A stretch of 57,090 nucleotides of DNA, filler included, from Circinaria calcarea (lineage: Eukaryota), in NCBI GenBank assembly GCA_051942165.1. It is 5 parts of 5 records of this genome, joined end to end, with 100 filler letters (N's around TTAATTAATTAA, not from the genome) between each part and the next. Parts side by side here need not be neighbours in the genome. Positions count along the whole stretch, not along the records: positions 34,362 to 45,690 come from JAVECS010000691.1; positions 45,791 to 57,090 come from JAVECS010000692.1; 3 more parts are not named here. The stretch is one strand, 5' to 3'. Below the pieces are notes generated by a model. That model was not told the origin of the DNA. It did not search any database and saw only the letters and a list, made by a program, of their open reading frames with translations. The translations under genes and the position numbers were made by a program. Shown one piece after another: positions 38,107 to 50,852 of this stretch (positions are counted from its first letter, which is position 1; every line of letters begins with the position of its first letter).

Positions 38107-39141
38107 TTATGCAGTTGCCTTCCCTAGTAGACTCCTCCGATAGTCCCAATAGTTTTTCCGTATCGGATCGAACCTCCTTGCTAACAGCTCCAAAGCCTTC
38201 TCTGCCAGTTCATCCTTCTCCTCCTCCGCCCAAACATCCGCCAAGAAATCCAACGCATGGCTGCTCCTCACCTCGTCCTCCCGCTCTACATTCGCAAACT
38301 CCCCCGCGAAAGCCTTCAGCTCACCCAGACCGTTCCCCTTCTTCCTCAGCAGCCCTCGAACGTAGTTCCATGGCGATTGGTTCTGCGGCGCCTGCCTGAT
38401 AGCCGATTTCGCATATTCAATTTCCCTCGCTAGTGTTGCGTCGTCGATTTCTTGGTCGTCCTCGCGCCCGAAGGTGATAAACCAGCGATGGTTCCAAGCG
38501 CTGTTGTTCCGTACGTCGACACGGAGTAGGGTTTCAATATAGGGGAGTTCGGAGTCCCAGAGGGAGAAGTGACGGACCAACCATTGCCGGTAGGACCAGA
38601 CGTGGTAGTTTTTGGCATCTTTGGCGAACATGCGGGCAAGGAAGGGGAGCTCGGTTGATGGGAGGGTAGATAATTGGGACATGATGACTTGGCGATGATG
38701 CCTAAGGCCGATCAGCTGGGAAGTCAGGTTACCGGTGGGTGGATGGATGCACAGCTTACCAGATTTGGTAGTTTTTGAGGTGTCTTAGGGAGACTTTGTT
38801 GAGCCACCCAAGTTCCTGCAGGGGATCTTGCCCAAGAGATTTGAGTATCTCAGCTCTGTATAGCCTGCATGATGATTCAATATCCCGCCCAACCTCCTTG
38901 GACGTTATAGCGCACTTGCTCACCAGACAGTGTAGTGTGCAGGATTCATGGATATGATATGTTGCGTAAGCTCGAGTGCTCGCTCCGACATCTCGTTCTT
39001 TGCCATTGCAGCTCGCAAATAGGACATGGCTTCGCTATACTCGTCTGTGTATGCTATCGCTGCTAAGGGATTCGGGCCCCCTTCATCTTGAGGTATGGGA
39101 ACGATGTCCTCCCATTGCTCCGACTCCTCGTATTTTCCCAT
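38107..39141 (-). CDS. RAM2: Protein farnesyltransferase/geranylgeranyltransferase-I alpha subunit
   Basis: WEDIVPIPQDEG, AMSYLRA, NPAHYTVW, KNYQIW, DAKNYHVWSYRQW, DVRNNSAWNHR, PQNQSPWNY, DPIRKNYW (PPTA repeats); two introns. Confidence 0.95.
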
Positions 39142-39747
39142 GTTGAAATTATTTCGAGTATTCGGTCTTCAGGCTTCGAGTGTAGGTACAACTGGCCAGT
39201 ATATATAGTTAATTAAGCTTGTCAAGTAGGCTTTCGATGCCTGGAGAAGACGAGTGGGATGAGGCTCTCGGCCTCGGGAACAATACTAACGTTTAAGCTG
39301 TGGTCCAAGCTCTGGACTGGGGTTGACCCTTTTCAGGAACCTCCTTTGAATTTCTTGTCATGTCACTACATATGCTTAGCAAATGATATCTGGTGTAATT
39401 TACAAAAATGGTCTCTGGGAATGGACCGGATTGCAACAGCCAGATTTTGCTGAAAAAACAAGGATCGTAACCATCCGTGCCATCGTAGGCACCATGGATA
39501 TCGGAGCTGTGTAGAAACTGCAATTGCCCCTGAGCTAGTTACTCCTGAGGTTTTATTGTGACTGCATGTTCTCATATCTATCCCTATATATATCCAGGTT
39601 CGTAGCTTTGGAAGATGCGGAGGGTATATGTGGCTCGAGCCCCAAAGCTTACGAAAGCAATCATGTGGGCATATTCGGCGTCAAGCGCCGCCAACCCTCC
39701 TATCCAACTCCCTACGCCAATATCCTCAAACGCCAAAGCCCGATAGC

Positions 39748-41413
39748 TCAAGTCCCGTCCTTTGGTATCTGGACCCAAGAAAACTCCACCTCGCTCTCCA
39801 CTCGAATCCCTCGCTGGGGCAACCCCATTTCCAAGTCTTGAGGATATGAACTCCGAATATGTGTCTCCGACGCGTGCTTGTTGATCCTGTGTGGCCGCGA
39901 TGCCAACTGCCGCTGCGCCTCCGCCGCCTCTTCATGCCACTCTCGCCGAGTCCCGTTCGACTCATCATACGTCGTTTTCGGAAATTGCACGTCCCCTAAT
40001 TTCATCCAGTCATCCTCCTTCCCAAATACACTCGCTGAATTGATGAAGTGACCTTTGCCGTCGATGCGTGAGCCGAGCGTGACCCTCAAATCTTTAGTGG
40101 CTGGTTTCTTGGATTGCTCAGAACCGCTTGACCAGCTGAACAGCTTGGGCAAAGTATGGGTTTTGTTTTTCCAGCTGAAGAGGGATCTGAAGAAGTCAAA
40201 TGACGGTAAGTGGTATCGGGAGAACGAAGCGAAAGCCGGCATACAGCCGCAAATGACGCCTACTGTCAGCTCGACAACGCTGGCGACGGTCAGTATGACA
40301 TCGTAAGGTAATTAGCAAGCTAGCATCCTTACACCCAAAGAAGTACCGGCACGAGATTCCATGTCACGTCAGCTGTACGGTCGATCTTAGTCCGATAGTA
40401 CAGGCCGGCGACACTAGATAAGCAAGCGCTACAGTTGTCTTCAGTCCGGGTCATTTGGTGAATTTGGGATACAGCCAAAACTTACAGAAGCCCCGTCATG
40501 AAGATTGCACATATCCCGATCTTTTTCTGTAGCGGCAGCTGCAGTTGCCATACTCCGGGCATAGGGAGGAAGAGAATGTAGAAATCACTGGCCACGTTGA
40601 AACCACCCATAGTGATGCCCAACGGGATAGCCTTCGCAGTATCCGAGGATAAAATTGAGCCAAGTAAACTCTGCCCTCGCTTTGGGATAGTAAGGACGGC
40701 GAACGTAATCGTAGTTGCTACGTAAAACATGGATATAATGACAATTCCGAAGTAGATACAGTATTGCAATTTGACGTTGGGGCGGAACACTTCCAAAAAG
40801 AGGAATAGAAGAGAGAGCTTGGCCATGAGGATAGTTGGAGAGTAGAGAATATCGACGACAATAAACTTCTAAGGTCAAACTCAAGGTCAGAAGGCAATGC
40901 TTATGATAAAGCCAGTCTCTCGATCTTACCCGAAGCAGGTCCGGAGTGAAATGTGATATCGAGACGTTCCACTGGTGAGGCCCGACGCCTTCACCCAGCA
41001 CTACGGAAATTAGTTGACTGGAAATTGTGCTAGAAATTCAGCCTCTCACTAGATATTGAGACAGCAGCGAAGCCCACCGCGCCAATCTGGATACAAGTTA
41101 GGAGGCGGTCAACATTCGAAGCTAACGCTAGACTTACAGCGGCAGGTACACAGACATCTGTCGATGGTCAGTATCTCTAAACACTAGATCAAACAAAAGG
41201 CTTACAATCATCCCATCCTAAGGTGTGTTTTATACAGATTTTTGTGTAGAATCGCATGAGCACAAATAAGGCCATAAGCGTTAGACATATTGCACTTGCA
41301 ATAACGAGAGTAGAGCCTCGAGACTCGGGATTGACAAAGTTTGAAGTCACGCCAGGTGGAGGTGACAAAGCTGGGAACTCGAAGTCTCGCTTAACGTTTG
41401 ATAAACGATCCAT
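39748..41413 (-). CDS. Pth11-like (fungal rhodopsin-domain) integral membrane protein without CFEM domain, multi-exon
   Basis: PPPGVTSNFVNPES; RFYTK..LGWDD; GVGPHQWNV; AKLSLLFLFLEVF; FNVASDFYILFLPMPGVWQLQLPLQKKIGI; VELTVGVICGCMP. Confidence 0.9.
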
Positions 41414-43179
41414 TATTTGAAGCTCTCAATATAATAATTTCCCATGGCGAGCACCCGACTACTTCAGGGAGTCAAGAGCAGAGCGCTACTAAATCTCATG
41501 ATCTTGGTTACATCCCGGGGCTGGAACTGTGCCACTGGTAGGCCCATCGCACGAATGCTCTCTCGTATTCATTGGCCCGTACCGGAGCCAACAGAGTAAA
41601 GGATGATGACAGGATGAATAAACCCCTCAAAGAAACAACACGTTGAAGATTTCAACAGACGAAGGAAGGACGCCGGCGGGAAAGCAAAGCTCGATCAGTG
41701 GACGCCATTGCTGACATCAGACATTAAGCTTGATTCCAACCGGTTTGGTCGATAGCGAGCTGACTCGAGGTCGGAAGATGCTTTGCCACTGTCCGACCCA
41801 CCCCACTGCCGCCCGAGCTCAACCAACAAACTCTCGTCATCCAAGTTGGCTTTGACCTGATTGCCCACATGCTGGGCACCGCTGACTATCGGCTTCACGC
41901 GGGGCGGAGCATAAGGTGGCAAGGTGAAGGTGTACAACGAGGCTGTGGTGCCCGCTTTCTCCGATCCGCCCTTCACCGGGATGCTTTTTCCATGAGCGGC
42001 AGAAGTGCTGAGAAGAGAGTTTGTTTCAGATTTCCAGGCTTGCAGCAGAAGACTGGAAACTGGGGGTGTGGCCATTAGACCACTTCGGCCCGGGAGAATC
42101 TCCTCGTTTCAGACTTGAACTTTATTCATGCTCATGGAAAAAAACCACGCAAGCCAGGCCGGCGGCTAAGGGTTGAGAAGCGGGGCGGTGAAGCTGTGAT
42201 GATGAGGGTGTGGCCTTTCTGAGGCATTCCGTTAATCCGATGTCCACTGTCTCTATGTACGAAGGGGGCCCCGAATTGCAGACATGGCTCGCCTCCGTCG
42301 AATCCTTTGTCATACCGCCCCATTCATCTATCTGACAAAGAATGTCCAGCACAAAGCACCAGAGGATACGCTGCATGGCCAATTGGTTCCGACAAACAAT
42401 CGTCCGATGCCACGGTACTACTAGTACTTATGCTCGTCAGGGGCGGTACGAGCTACTCCCGTAGTGTGTGTGCCTTTGGGGCTGAGCTAAGCGGTACTGT
42501 GGTCGGATGGGAAATTGTTCATAGCTCGGCGCTAAAGTCACTAGATTCCTTACTCAGACTATTAAAATTTTCAGGTATTCTAACTCCATTTCCTATTCTG
42601 ATTGGTTCAAATGGTATGCATACGAGATACTAGAAGTAAATAATAAAGCTTTTCCACAGTTTAACTGAAATAGGCTGTGATCTACTAGCGCCGAGCTATG
42701 AACAATTTCCTATCCGACCACAGTAGTGCAGCAACCACGAGGACTCGGAGATCCCAGTCCATCTCGCTCGCAACCCTACTGTGGTACAACCCGTCACTCC
42801 AATTGTGTTAAGGGGCAAGAGTCCGGCACAGCCTGCGCTGACACGGTTCAATCTATTCTAGCGTCATCAACTCTACCGGGGCTAGAGCCCCCTTGGAATT
42901 CCACCCCTTTCTCCTTTTGATCATCGGGAGTCTGTGCCTTTACCTGAGCCTCTCGCTCGGGCATTGCCGCTTTGCCCGGCCAATCTTAATTCCCATGGTT
43001 CGCATGAATTGTGGTGCGGTTTCCCAAGAACTCTGCACTCGTCCAGTCCCTTTACGTTGCCACTTATCGTTACAAGTATCTTGGACTCCCGCTGCAATTA
43101 TCGAGTCTCCAATCAGTCTTTAATCATTCTGCTTAGATACTTCAGTTCTTGCCAGCCGCTCCATTAATAATCTTCCAAG

Positions 43180-43844
43180 ATGCATTACCCTCTTGTCTAC
43201 ACTCTCCTTGCAATCGTGGCCGGATCTCTGGTCAGCGCACAAGATCTGTCTCAGATCCCACAATGTGCTGTATGTGATGTTTCCCCTATTGCAGACAGCG
43301 CCTTCACTGACTTGCGCCTGTAGCAACAAGCTGCGATTTCGAGCATTGGCTCTAGCGGTTGCCAGCTGACAGACCTTGCTTGCATTTGCAGAAATCAGGC
43401 CTTCCTGGATTCGTTGTTGCCACAGGTCCAGGAGGCTTGCACTGCGGATGAGCTTCAGAGTACGTTCGCCCTGGTTACGATACTGCATTATTCCCAGTAC
43501 TTATGACGCTTGCAGGACTCATCTCCGCCACCCAAAGTCTCTGCCTAGCCTCGGGCGTTACTCTCAGCATCCCCAGCGCCGCCTCTGCTACGTCCGCAGC
43601 CGCTTCTGCTTCGAACGCTGTAGCGTCAGCTACCTCGGCTGCTGGTTCTGCTTCGTCAGCGGTAGCGTCACTTGTCTCCTCTCTCTCCGCCGCTGCCAAT
43701 CCGAGTCAAACCCCAACCGGCGCTGCTTCAAGTCCATCACCCAGCACCACCATCACCCCTGCCAATAGTGGTTCCCAATTGGCAAGTGCTGGTGGATTAA
43801 TGGCCGCGATAGCGGTCGCTGCGGCTGTTGCTGGGCTGAACTAG
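43180..43844 (+). CDS. Secreted CFEM-domain protein with Ser/Ala stalk and probable GPI anchor, 3 exons
   Basis: MHYPLVYTLLAIVAGSLVSA-QDLSQIPQCA|QQAAISSIGSSGCQLTDLACICRNQAFLDSLLPQVQEACTADELQR|LISATQSLC; introns 43270-43323 and 43460-43515; hydrophobic C-terminal tail. Confidence 0.9.
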
Positions 43845-44789
43845 GAGACAATCAAATAAACGGCTAGATCTCTATGCATAGATGGGATAGAGGATAATGT
43901 ACATGTGGTGGTTCAAAGAAAGTATTGCCCGAGGAGTTGGCCCAGTGTGACTCTCGAGCAGGCGTATTGCTAGACAACTGTATCCTATTCATATTAGCAG
44001 CTCATAGTTTTTAAAGGTTGAGCACGTGGGCAATTCTAATGACGAGAGTTTCCTCTTCTCTATATAGTAATATACCAAGACCTCCTTCCCTGAATCCATA
44101 TAGAGCACAGATAGTTCGGGCTAGAATCCTTTGTGGCATTCATAGATCCTTGTACAACGCCGCTCTCACTGCTAACAGGATGTATTACACTTAGTAGCAG
44201 ATATACGATCTTGATACAACTGAACTATTCTTTGCTTAAGCGCATTGTCTTTTCGCGAGATCACTGTTCTTTTCTCCACACGATGCTATGGCAGAAGAGA
44301 ATTAAAACAGCCATAAGAAATCACCAGTTAAAAACCCTTGTGTCTGAACCAGGATTAATACGTGCATTAGTGAAGGATTCTAGTATATACTTTGTATTTC
44401 ATCACACCACACCAAACCTTCCTCCACGCTGTTGCATTCCGTAGTGCTGTGCTCAATTTGATCGCCCGACTTAATTCGGCCTCCCCACTATTGTGAGCTC
44501 CGCCACATGCGCGCATTCTTTCCGGCGGGACTGAACCCAGGTTTGGCCCTTGTCAAGGACCTAAAACACGAGATCGAGAGCAATACATGACGCTACTCTA
44601 GAAGTAGACTACGGTCAGGTGACTTGCGTAAACAGGGTATTCCGTGCCGGTCAGCCTCATTGAGTAAATTGTGGACATATCGCTCGTCGGCGAATAAGTT
44701 TTGGTTGAAATAAATCCTTCACCTAGTCAACGGTTGATAGAATTGACTTGATGGCTGAAATCTTCTCCTAGAGCTCCTTGATCTTCTGA

Positions 44790-45690
<901 letters not shown>

Positions 45691-45790
45691 NNNNNNNNNN
45701 NNNNNNNNNNNNNNNNNNNNNNNNNNNNNNNNNNTTAATTAATTAANNNNNNNNNNNNNNNNNNNNNNNNNNNNNNNNNNNNNNNNNNNN
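45691..45790. other. Artificial contig spacer
   Basis: 44 N + TTAATTAATTAA + 44 N. Confidence 0.98.
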
Positions 45791-47982
45791 AACTCTTCTC
45801 CCGAAATCCAATTCTTCAAAGGGAGGCTTCCACTCCTTGAGGCCATGAGGGCTCGCACCTCCACTGAGAGTGAGTGTACTCACAATTGACGATGGCGGCA
45901 CTATTGTCTCTTCCGACGTAGGCAACAACGCCGCTGACTCGGGTAGTTTGCGGTCTGGAATTACCCTTGTCGGACTGGTGGGACCTTGAGCCAAAACCTC
46001 CGACTGCCGTCTCTGGAGCTCCTCAAGCTTAGCGGCAGGGTTCCAATCCTCCTGTTTCGGTACACCCTCCGCCCCAGGTAAATCACTTATTGAATGTCTT
46101 TCCTCGCCCCAAAAAGTGGGACGGCGAACTGGTGCTGGTGTCACAGGAAGACTGGGTCTTTCAATCTCGGTCGGAAAGTCGGTGAGTTTCATGCTCGGGC
46201 GGCGCTCAGGCAAAAGAGCCTTTTTCCCTGCTCCGAAGTCATTCAGAACCACTTGTACTTTGATTTTACGGCTTTGAGCAAGAGCGGAGACATAGCGCTC
46301 GATCTCGGGCATTTCGTCCCAAGCATTCGTACGTGGGAATGATGCAAAAGGTTCTGACGTGACATTTAATGCTGGTGTAGAGGGGCTAGTTAGCTCTGCT
46401 GAGGTATCGTTGTCGGTTGTGGCCGAGGGGGTTGGCCCTGGAGACGATGGAACTTCATCCGCGAAAACGCGAGAGGGTTTCGGTTGACATTCTTCCCAGG
46501 GGAAAATAGGTTTAGGTCGTTCGTTAAGGGGAGGTGTCTTTGGGACCTCATACCACATGCCTTTCGGTGGTTGTGGGTACGCCTTGGGGGCTTGAAAGAG
46601 CTTTCGGTCTGCCGACATCGTGTAGGAATGGGTTGGAAGGTTCGAGGCTTCGGGGCGAGAAGCTACAGGTGGAGGTTGCCTGTAGGCCGTTAACAGTTGC
46701 ACAAACCCCTTGTCAAAAGTGTTAACAGCTCACCGTATGGGGTCCCAGTCCGCCATAGGAGCTGAGAAGCGTCGCTGCTCCAAAGTAGGAGCGGGAGTAG
46801 TTTCACCCTGTTGTATACTCTCAGCTGGCTCAATCTCTTCAGTAAGAGGTGGCTCGCTCGTTTCTGTAGATATCTCGCCTTTTGGGGGCCCCTTCACTGC
46901 TGGTCCTATTGAGGAAAATCCGTACTCGTTTGCAGTGCTCGGATTTTCGCCTTTCACATATTGCTGTACGATCCGAGAACTTTGTGGCGTCTGCCCTGAT
47001 ATGTGCGCCGTGATCTGCACTTGTTGTTAGTACTACTCATCAAACAGCTCGAGAAACACACAGGAGCCCTAAAATGCCTTTCATAGACAGCCCACCATCT
47101 CCCTAATAGCTCTTCATAGATGCCACTCGCGCCTTGTGTCTCTCGTCCAACGAGCCACGGTTTATTACGCCCAATGTAGTGTATCATGCTGATACTGCTC
47201 TGAAAGTGCCTGTATGCCGGTACGTACTGATAATGTCCACTGGGCGTGCAATTGTATGTGAAGCTCATCCTTTCCCAATTGCGAAAGTGCATGTTCAACA
47301 ACCCTTGGTCCGCTCCATCAAAGCTTATCCCACGCTGAGCCAGCGCTAATAATGCGTAATAGTCGCCCATGTTCGGGCTCAGAGCTAGCACCCCACTGTT
47401 GAAGCAGTCAGGCCACCCAATGTCTGGGACAGCGGCAAAGCTCGATTCGAGGCGAAAGAGCTCATCCGGCGCGCGGAGAGCAACCACATCTGCGTCAATG
47501 TAGACCAGACGTCGATACTGTGTCTGCCGCCAAAGAGCTATCTTGGTGAAGGTAGAAGCCAGATCAGGTCGATCCATGAGATAGAGATTGGCCGGACATT
47601 TGTTGACAATGCGGTCCACGGGTATGATTTGGTCGTATACTTTCTGTCATTTTCGGTCAGTGGATGATAGCTGAGTTCTTATTCCTAGGGCTTACTCGAA
47701 GCTCATCGATGGTGGAAGGTTGTAGGCTATCCAACGTGACCAGAACAGCGAGCTGCTTCCTGGTGCCATTGTCCCTCAACGAACGGGCTAATACGAGGGC
47801 GCCTGCGAGTGTATGATTAGTATAGCGTGAAAGCCTCTTCTAAGGTGATATCCCTTACCTGGCAGATAATTGTCGCTCGTGAGCAGCTACCGGGGCTGTT
47901 AGTATTAGATAGGATATACAGCATGAAGCCGGAGTCATGTCTGGCGTACCGTACAGTACGCATCTTGCGCCGTGTCTGCCAT
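45791..47982 (-). CDS. GLG1: Glycogenin (GT8) with long C-terminal extension; 3' end cut by contig end
   Basis: MADTAQDAYCT|LLTSDNYLP|GALVLARSLRD; TFTKIALW; YIDAD; PDIGWPDCFNSG; SFDGADQGLLN; HYIGRNKPW; PIFPWE; AWDEMPEIERYV. Confidence 0.93.
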
Positions 47983-48728
47983 GATGTTTGCTATTTCCGA
48001 CCTTCGCAGTCGGAGGTCTTCGTTACTTTATAGCAGGAGTGGGGAGAAGCAAGAGAGTGGGCAATTCCCCAATTTTCCCCACCTTTTTGATCGCCAGAGC
48101 TACCCCGGTCCAAACTCAAACTCACGCCCTTCACTGTTCTAGCCCCCTAGTCTAAGCGGACCCCACTGAGCTTCCGCCGTGTCAATGTCTTTAGGAGACC
48201 CACGTAGGGGAAATGGGAATGGCCTTATCGAACAATAGGACACAAACCAAACCATCATCACCAAGATAGATACCTGTGCGGCATCACTACTCCTAGGCGC
48301 AATGGGCGGCCAGGTATTCTACTGGTTGAAGATACAGAGGCACGCGACCGTGCTCGCACCTAAACTCGCGCGACCTCATCCTGCATCAAAGGGTCTTCCC
48401 CGCGTTTAGCCTACCTCGTACAGTAGAATAAGGAGTGTATATTATTAGAAATCTAGTAGGATTTCCAGGTAATGCATACACTCTGATAGCCTGATATGAG
48501 ACGAACATTTTATAGCTAGCTAGGTGAGATATGTAAGTCTATTGGCCATGGCTAAATGGGAGGAACAAGTCATGTATATATCCGGTCCGGGTAGCCACCC
48601 TCATGAGCATCCATGAATATTTACTCCATCAAATCCCATCCACCTACATCAAAGTCATCCAAAAAGGGGATCCGCCGTATAAAGGACGAAGCCGTGGCCT
48701 GATGCCTGCACTCCGCTAAGCTTACTAC

Positions 48729-50852
48729 TCACATGACAACGCAGCCTCCGCTCCTGGCTCGTCTCCTCCCGCCCCGGACGCCACCTTCCTCTTCGTCGGC
48801 ATGCACCATGGCCGCCTCTCTAGCTCGCCGTCGTCGTCTCCTGGCTCCAGCCCCCTGCGCTCCGGCCTCTTCCGTAGCGATCATATACTCGGCCCACTTC
48901 CTTTCCAGCAGACTTGCGCGAGCCAAATCACCCCGAAGTACCCGCTTGGTATGCTCGTCCACCGTTGGCTGATAGCCATAGAAGCATTTGAGTGATATGA
49001 TCTCGCATGGATAATGGGGTGCTGAGGAGTTGTGCGGCTGGCGGTAGAACTCGGCGTTCCGAGAAAGGACCTCACGGACTCCGGTCCAGTTGACGTTCTG
49101 GCAGTCATATGCAACCATCCTGATTCCCACGCGAGGCTTCTTCGACGGATTCCCGACGACTGCTTTGCGATTCCGTTGTCGCACCTGAGCAGCGACTTCC
49201 GTAAGTACAAGATCTGAGATTTTCGTGTTATCCATGTATAAGCTTTTCAGCTTCGGGCACTTCTTAATGACAGGTAGCATGCCAGCGTCGCCTAGATCCT
49301 CGCAGAAGCTAACGCTCAAGTGCTCGAGCCGAGATGCACAAGGTGCTTTGGCAAGGTTCTTCAACGTCGTGTTAGAGAGCCCGTCCAACTCTTCAAGATC
49401 TAGGTGAGTGATTAGGGGAGCTGACTCGAGAATACCGGCCAAGGCATCATCAGTTGCCAAGTTGCACTGCGAAAGCTGTAGACCGACAAGCCGTGGGACG
49501 TTGTGAGCTAGAGCCTTGATGCCATCATCAGTCAAAGTACTGCAGCGGCTGAAGTCAAGATGGCGGAACATTCGAGGAGGAACAATTGGTCGATCGGTTA
49601 AAGGATCCATCTTTGGATTTTCGCCCTGTAAAAGGATCTGAAGACCCTCGTCATCGAGGTCCGTACAGTGCGAGACTATTAGTCTCTCGAGGGTATTTCG
49701 ATTGAAAAGATCAAGGAGGAAGTCTTTATCATTCCAGCCTCTGATCTCACCAGCACGGAGGTCCTTGAGCTTCCCACAGGCTTGAACCACCTTTTGTAAA
49801 CCTTTTGTGTCAATGTTCTGACACCAGGATACATTGAGATGCTCTAACTGAGGACATCCTTGCGCGATGATCTTCATTGTCGAGTTATTTAGAACAGCTA
49901 GCCCAGATAGGTTGATGTGAACGAGGCGCGGGTTCCGTAGAAGGAAGTAGTGTACCGAAGGGCGATCAATAAGGCAGCCAACTATTGAAAAGTTCTCAAG
50001 GTTCCGGCACACGTCTGTGATTTTTTGACTTTCTGTCCCCCATCGCTCTCGCAGCTGCACACAACCTCGAAGATTCAGATCTTTTACAAATGGGCCAGCC
50101 TCGGTCATAATTTTTACTAGCGACTCACTAGGTATCTTCCTATAGAATTCCGATGCATCAAGGTTGGTCCAAAGTTGGCCATCAAAACACATCTTGTACC
50201 ACTTCTGAGATACCGCTGCACACCTGACTATCTCCTTAGGTCTTAAAAAGCGAAATATCTGCATTTTGATTTCATATGGCAGTTTGCCCCAAAAGTCAAA
50301 ATTCTCCCTGGAGCAAGGTTTGGCCTGAGTGACCGGTCTCGAGAAATAGTCGCCCAGTACCGCCGTGATCTCAGGCGTTGCAGCTAAGGCAGCCCCTTTG
50401 GACCCAAGCCGTCGATCCGCCGGCAATGGAGCACTGGTTGGTGTTGCAGACCCGCTGGCGCCAATCTTGCTGTCGACCACTCGAATACGAGCTTTGGACT
50501 CGAAGAAGGGCATTTCGCCTCCCGGTGTGCTAGCCACGGATGTTGGAGCTGTCGAGAAACCACCCGAAGACTGAGAGGAATAAGAGTTGCCATACGAATG
50601 TCCATATGGGGACGCCGCGGAGGAGAATGAAACACACGACATTGAGGCTTGACCACCGCCTCTGTAGGTGGAGGATGGAGTACGTCCTATCTTTGCCAAG
50701 GATGGGGAGGATGATATCCTTTGTAGGCCCTGGAGTAATCGATGGCGACCCTTGAGCTTTGGAGGTAAGTCAAGAGGTGGTTCAACCGAGTCAGCGCGCA
50801 TGGAAGCCATGTCCGCAGGCGACTCAACCACACGCTCCATCTCAGAGTTCAT
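48729..50852 (-). CDS. F-box/leucine-rich repeat protein (FBXL2/FBXL20-like) with C-terminal CaaX box
   Basis: F-box LPYEIKMQIFRFLRPKEIVRCAAVSQKW..FDGQLW; Cys-containing LRRs (LNLRGC, LNVSWC, LDFSRC, LSVSFC); ends RRRARSGGCVVM*. Confidence 0.92.
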   Translation of the reverse strand: MNSEMERVVESPADMASMRADSVEPPLDLPPKLKGRHRLLQGLQRISSSPSLAKIGRTPSSTYRGGGQASMSCVSFSSAASPYGHSYGNSYSSQSSGGFSTAPTSVASTPGGEMPFFESKARIRVVDSKIGASGSATPTSAPLPADRRLGSKGAALAATPEITAVLGDYFSRPVTQAKPCSRENFDFWGKLPYEIKMQIFRFLRPKEIVRCAAVSQKWYKMCFDGQLWTNLDASEFYRKIPSESLVKIMTEAGPFVKDLNLRGCVQLRERWGTESQKITDVCRNLENFSIVGCLIDRPSVHYFLLRNPRLVHINLSGLAVLNNSTMKIIAQGCPQLEHLNVSWCQNIDTKGLQKVVQACGKLKDLRAGEIRGWNDKDFLLDLFNRNTLERLIVSHCTDLDDEGLQILLQGENPKMDPLTDRPIVPPRMFRHLDFSRCSTLTDDGIKALAHNVPRLVGLQLSQCNLATDDALAGILESAPLITHLDLEELDGLSNTTLKNLAKAPCASRLEHLSVSFCEDLGDAGMLPVIKKCPKLKSLYMDNTKISDLVLTEVAAQVRQRNRKAVVGNPSKKPRVGIRMVAYDCQNVNWTGVREVLSRNAEFYRQPHNSSAPHYPCEIISLKCFYGYQPTVDEHTKRVLRGDLARASLLERKWAEYMIATEEAGAQGAGARRRRRRAREAAMVHADEEEGGVRGGRRRARSGGCVVM

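Noticed and set aside
41695..42075. 126-aa ATG-initiated ORF upstream of the Pth11-like gene
   Set aside because: No recognisable motif; cannot be supported without expression or homology data
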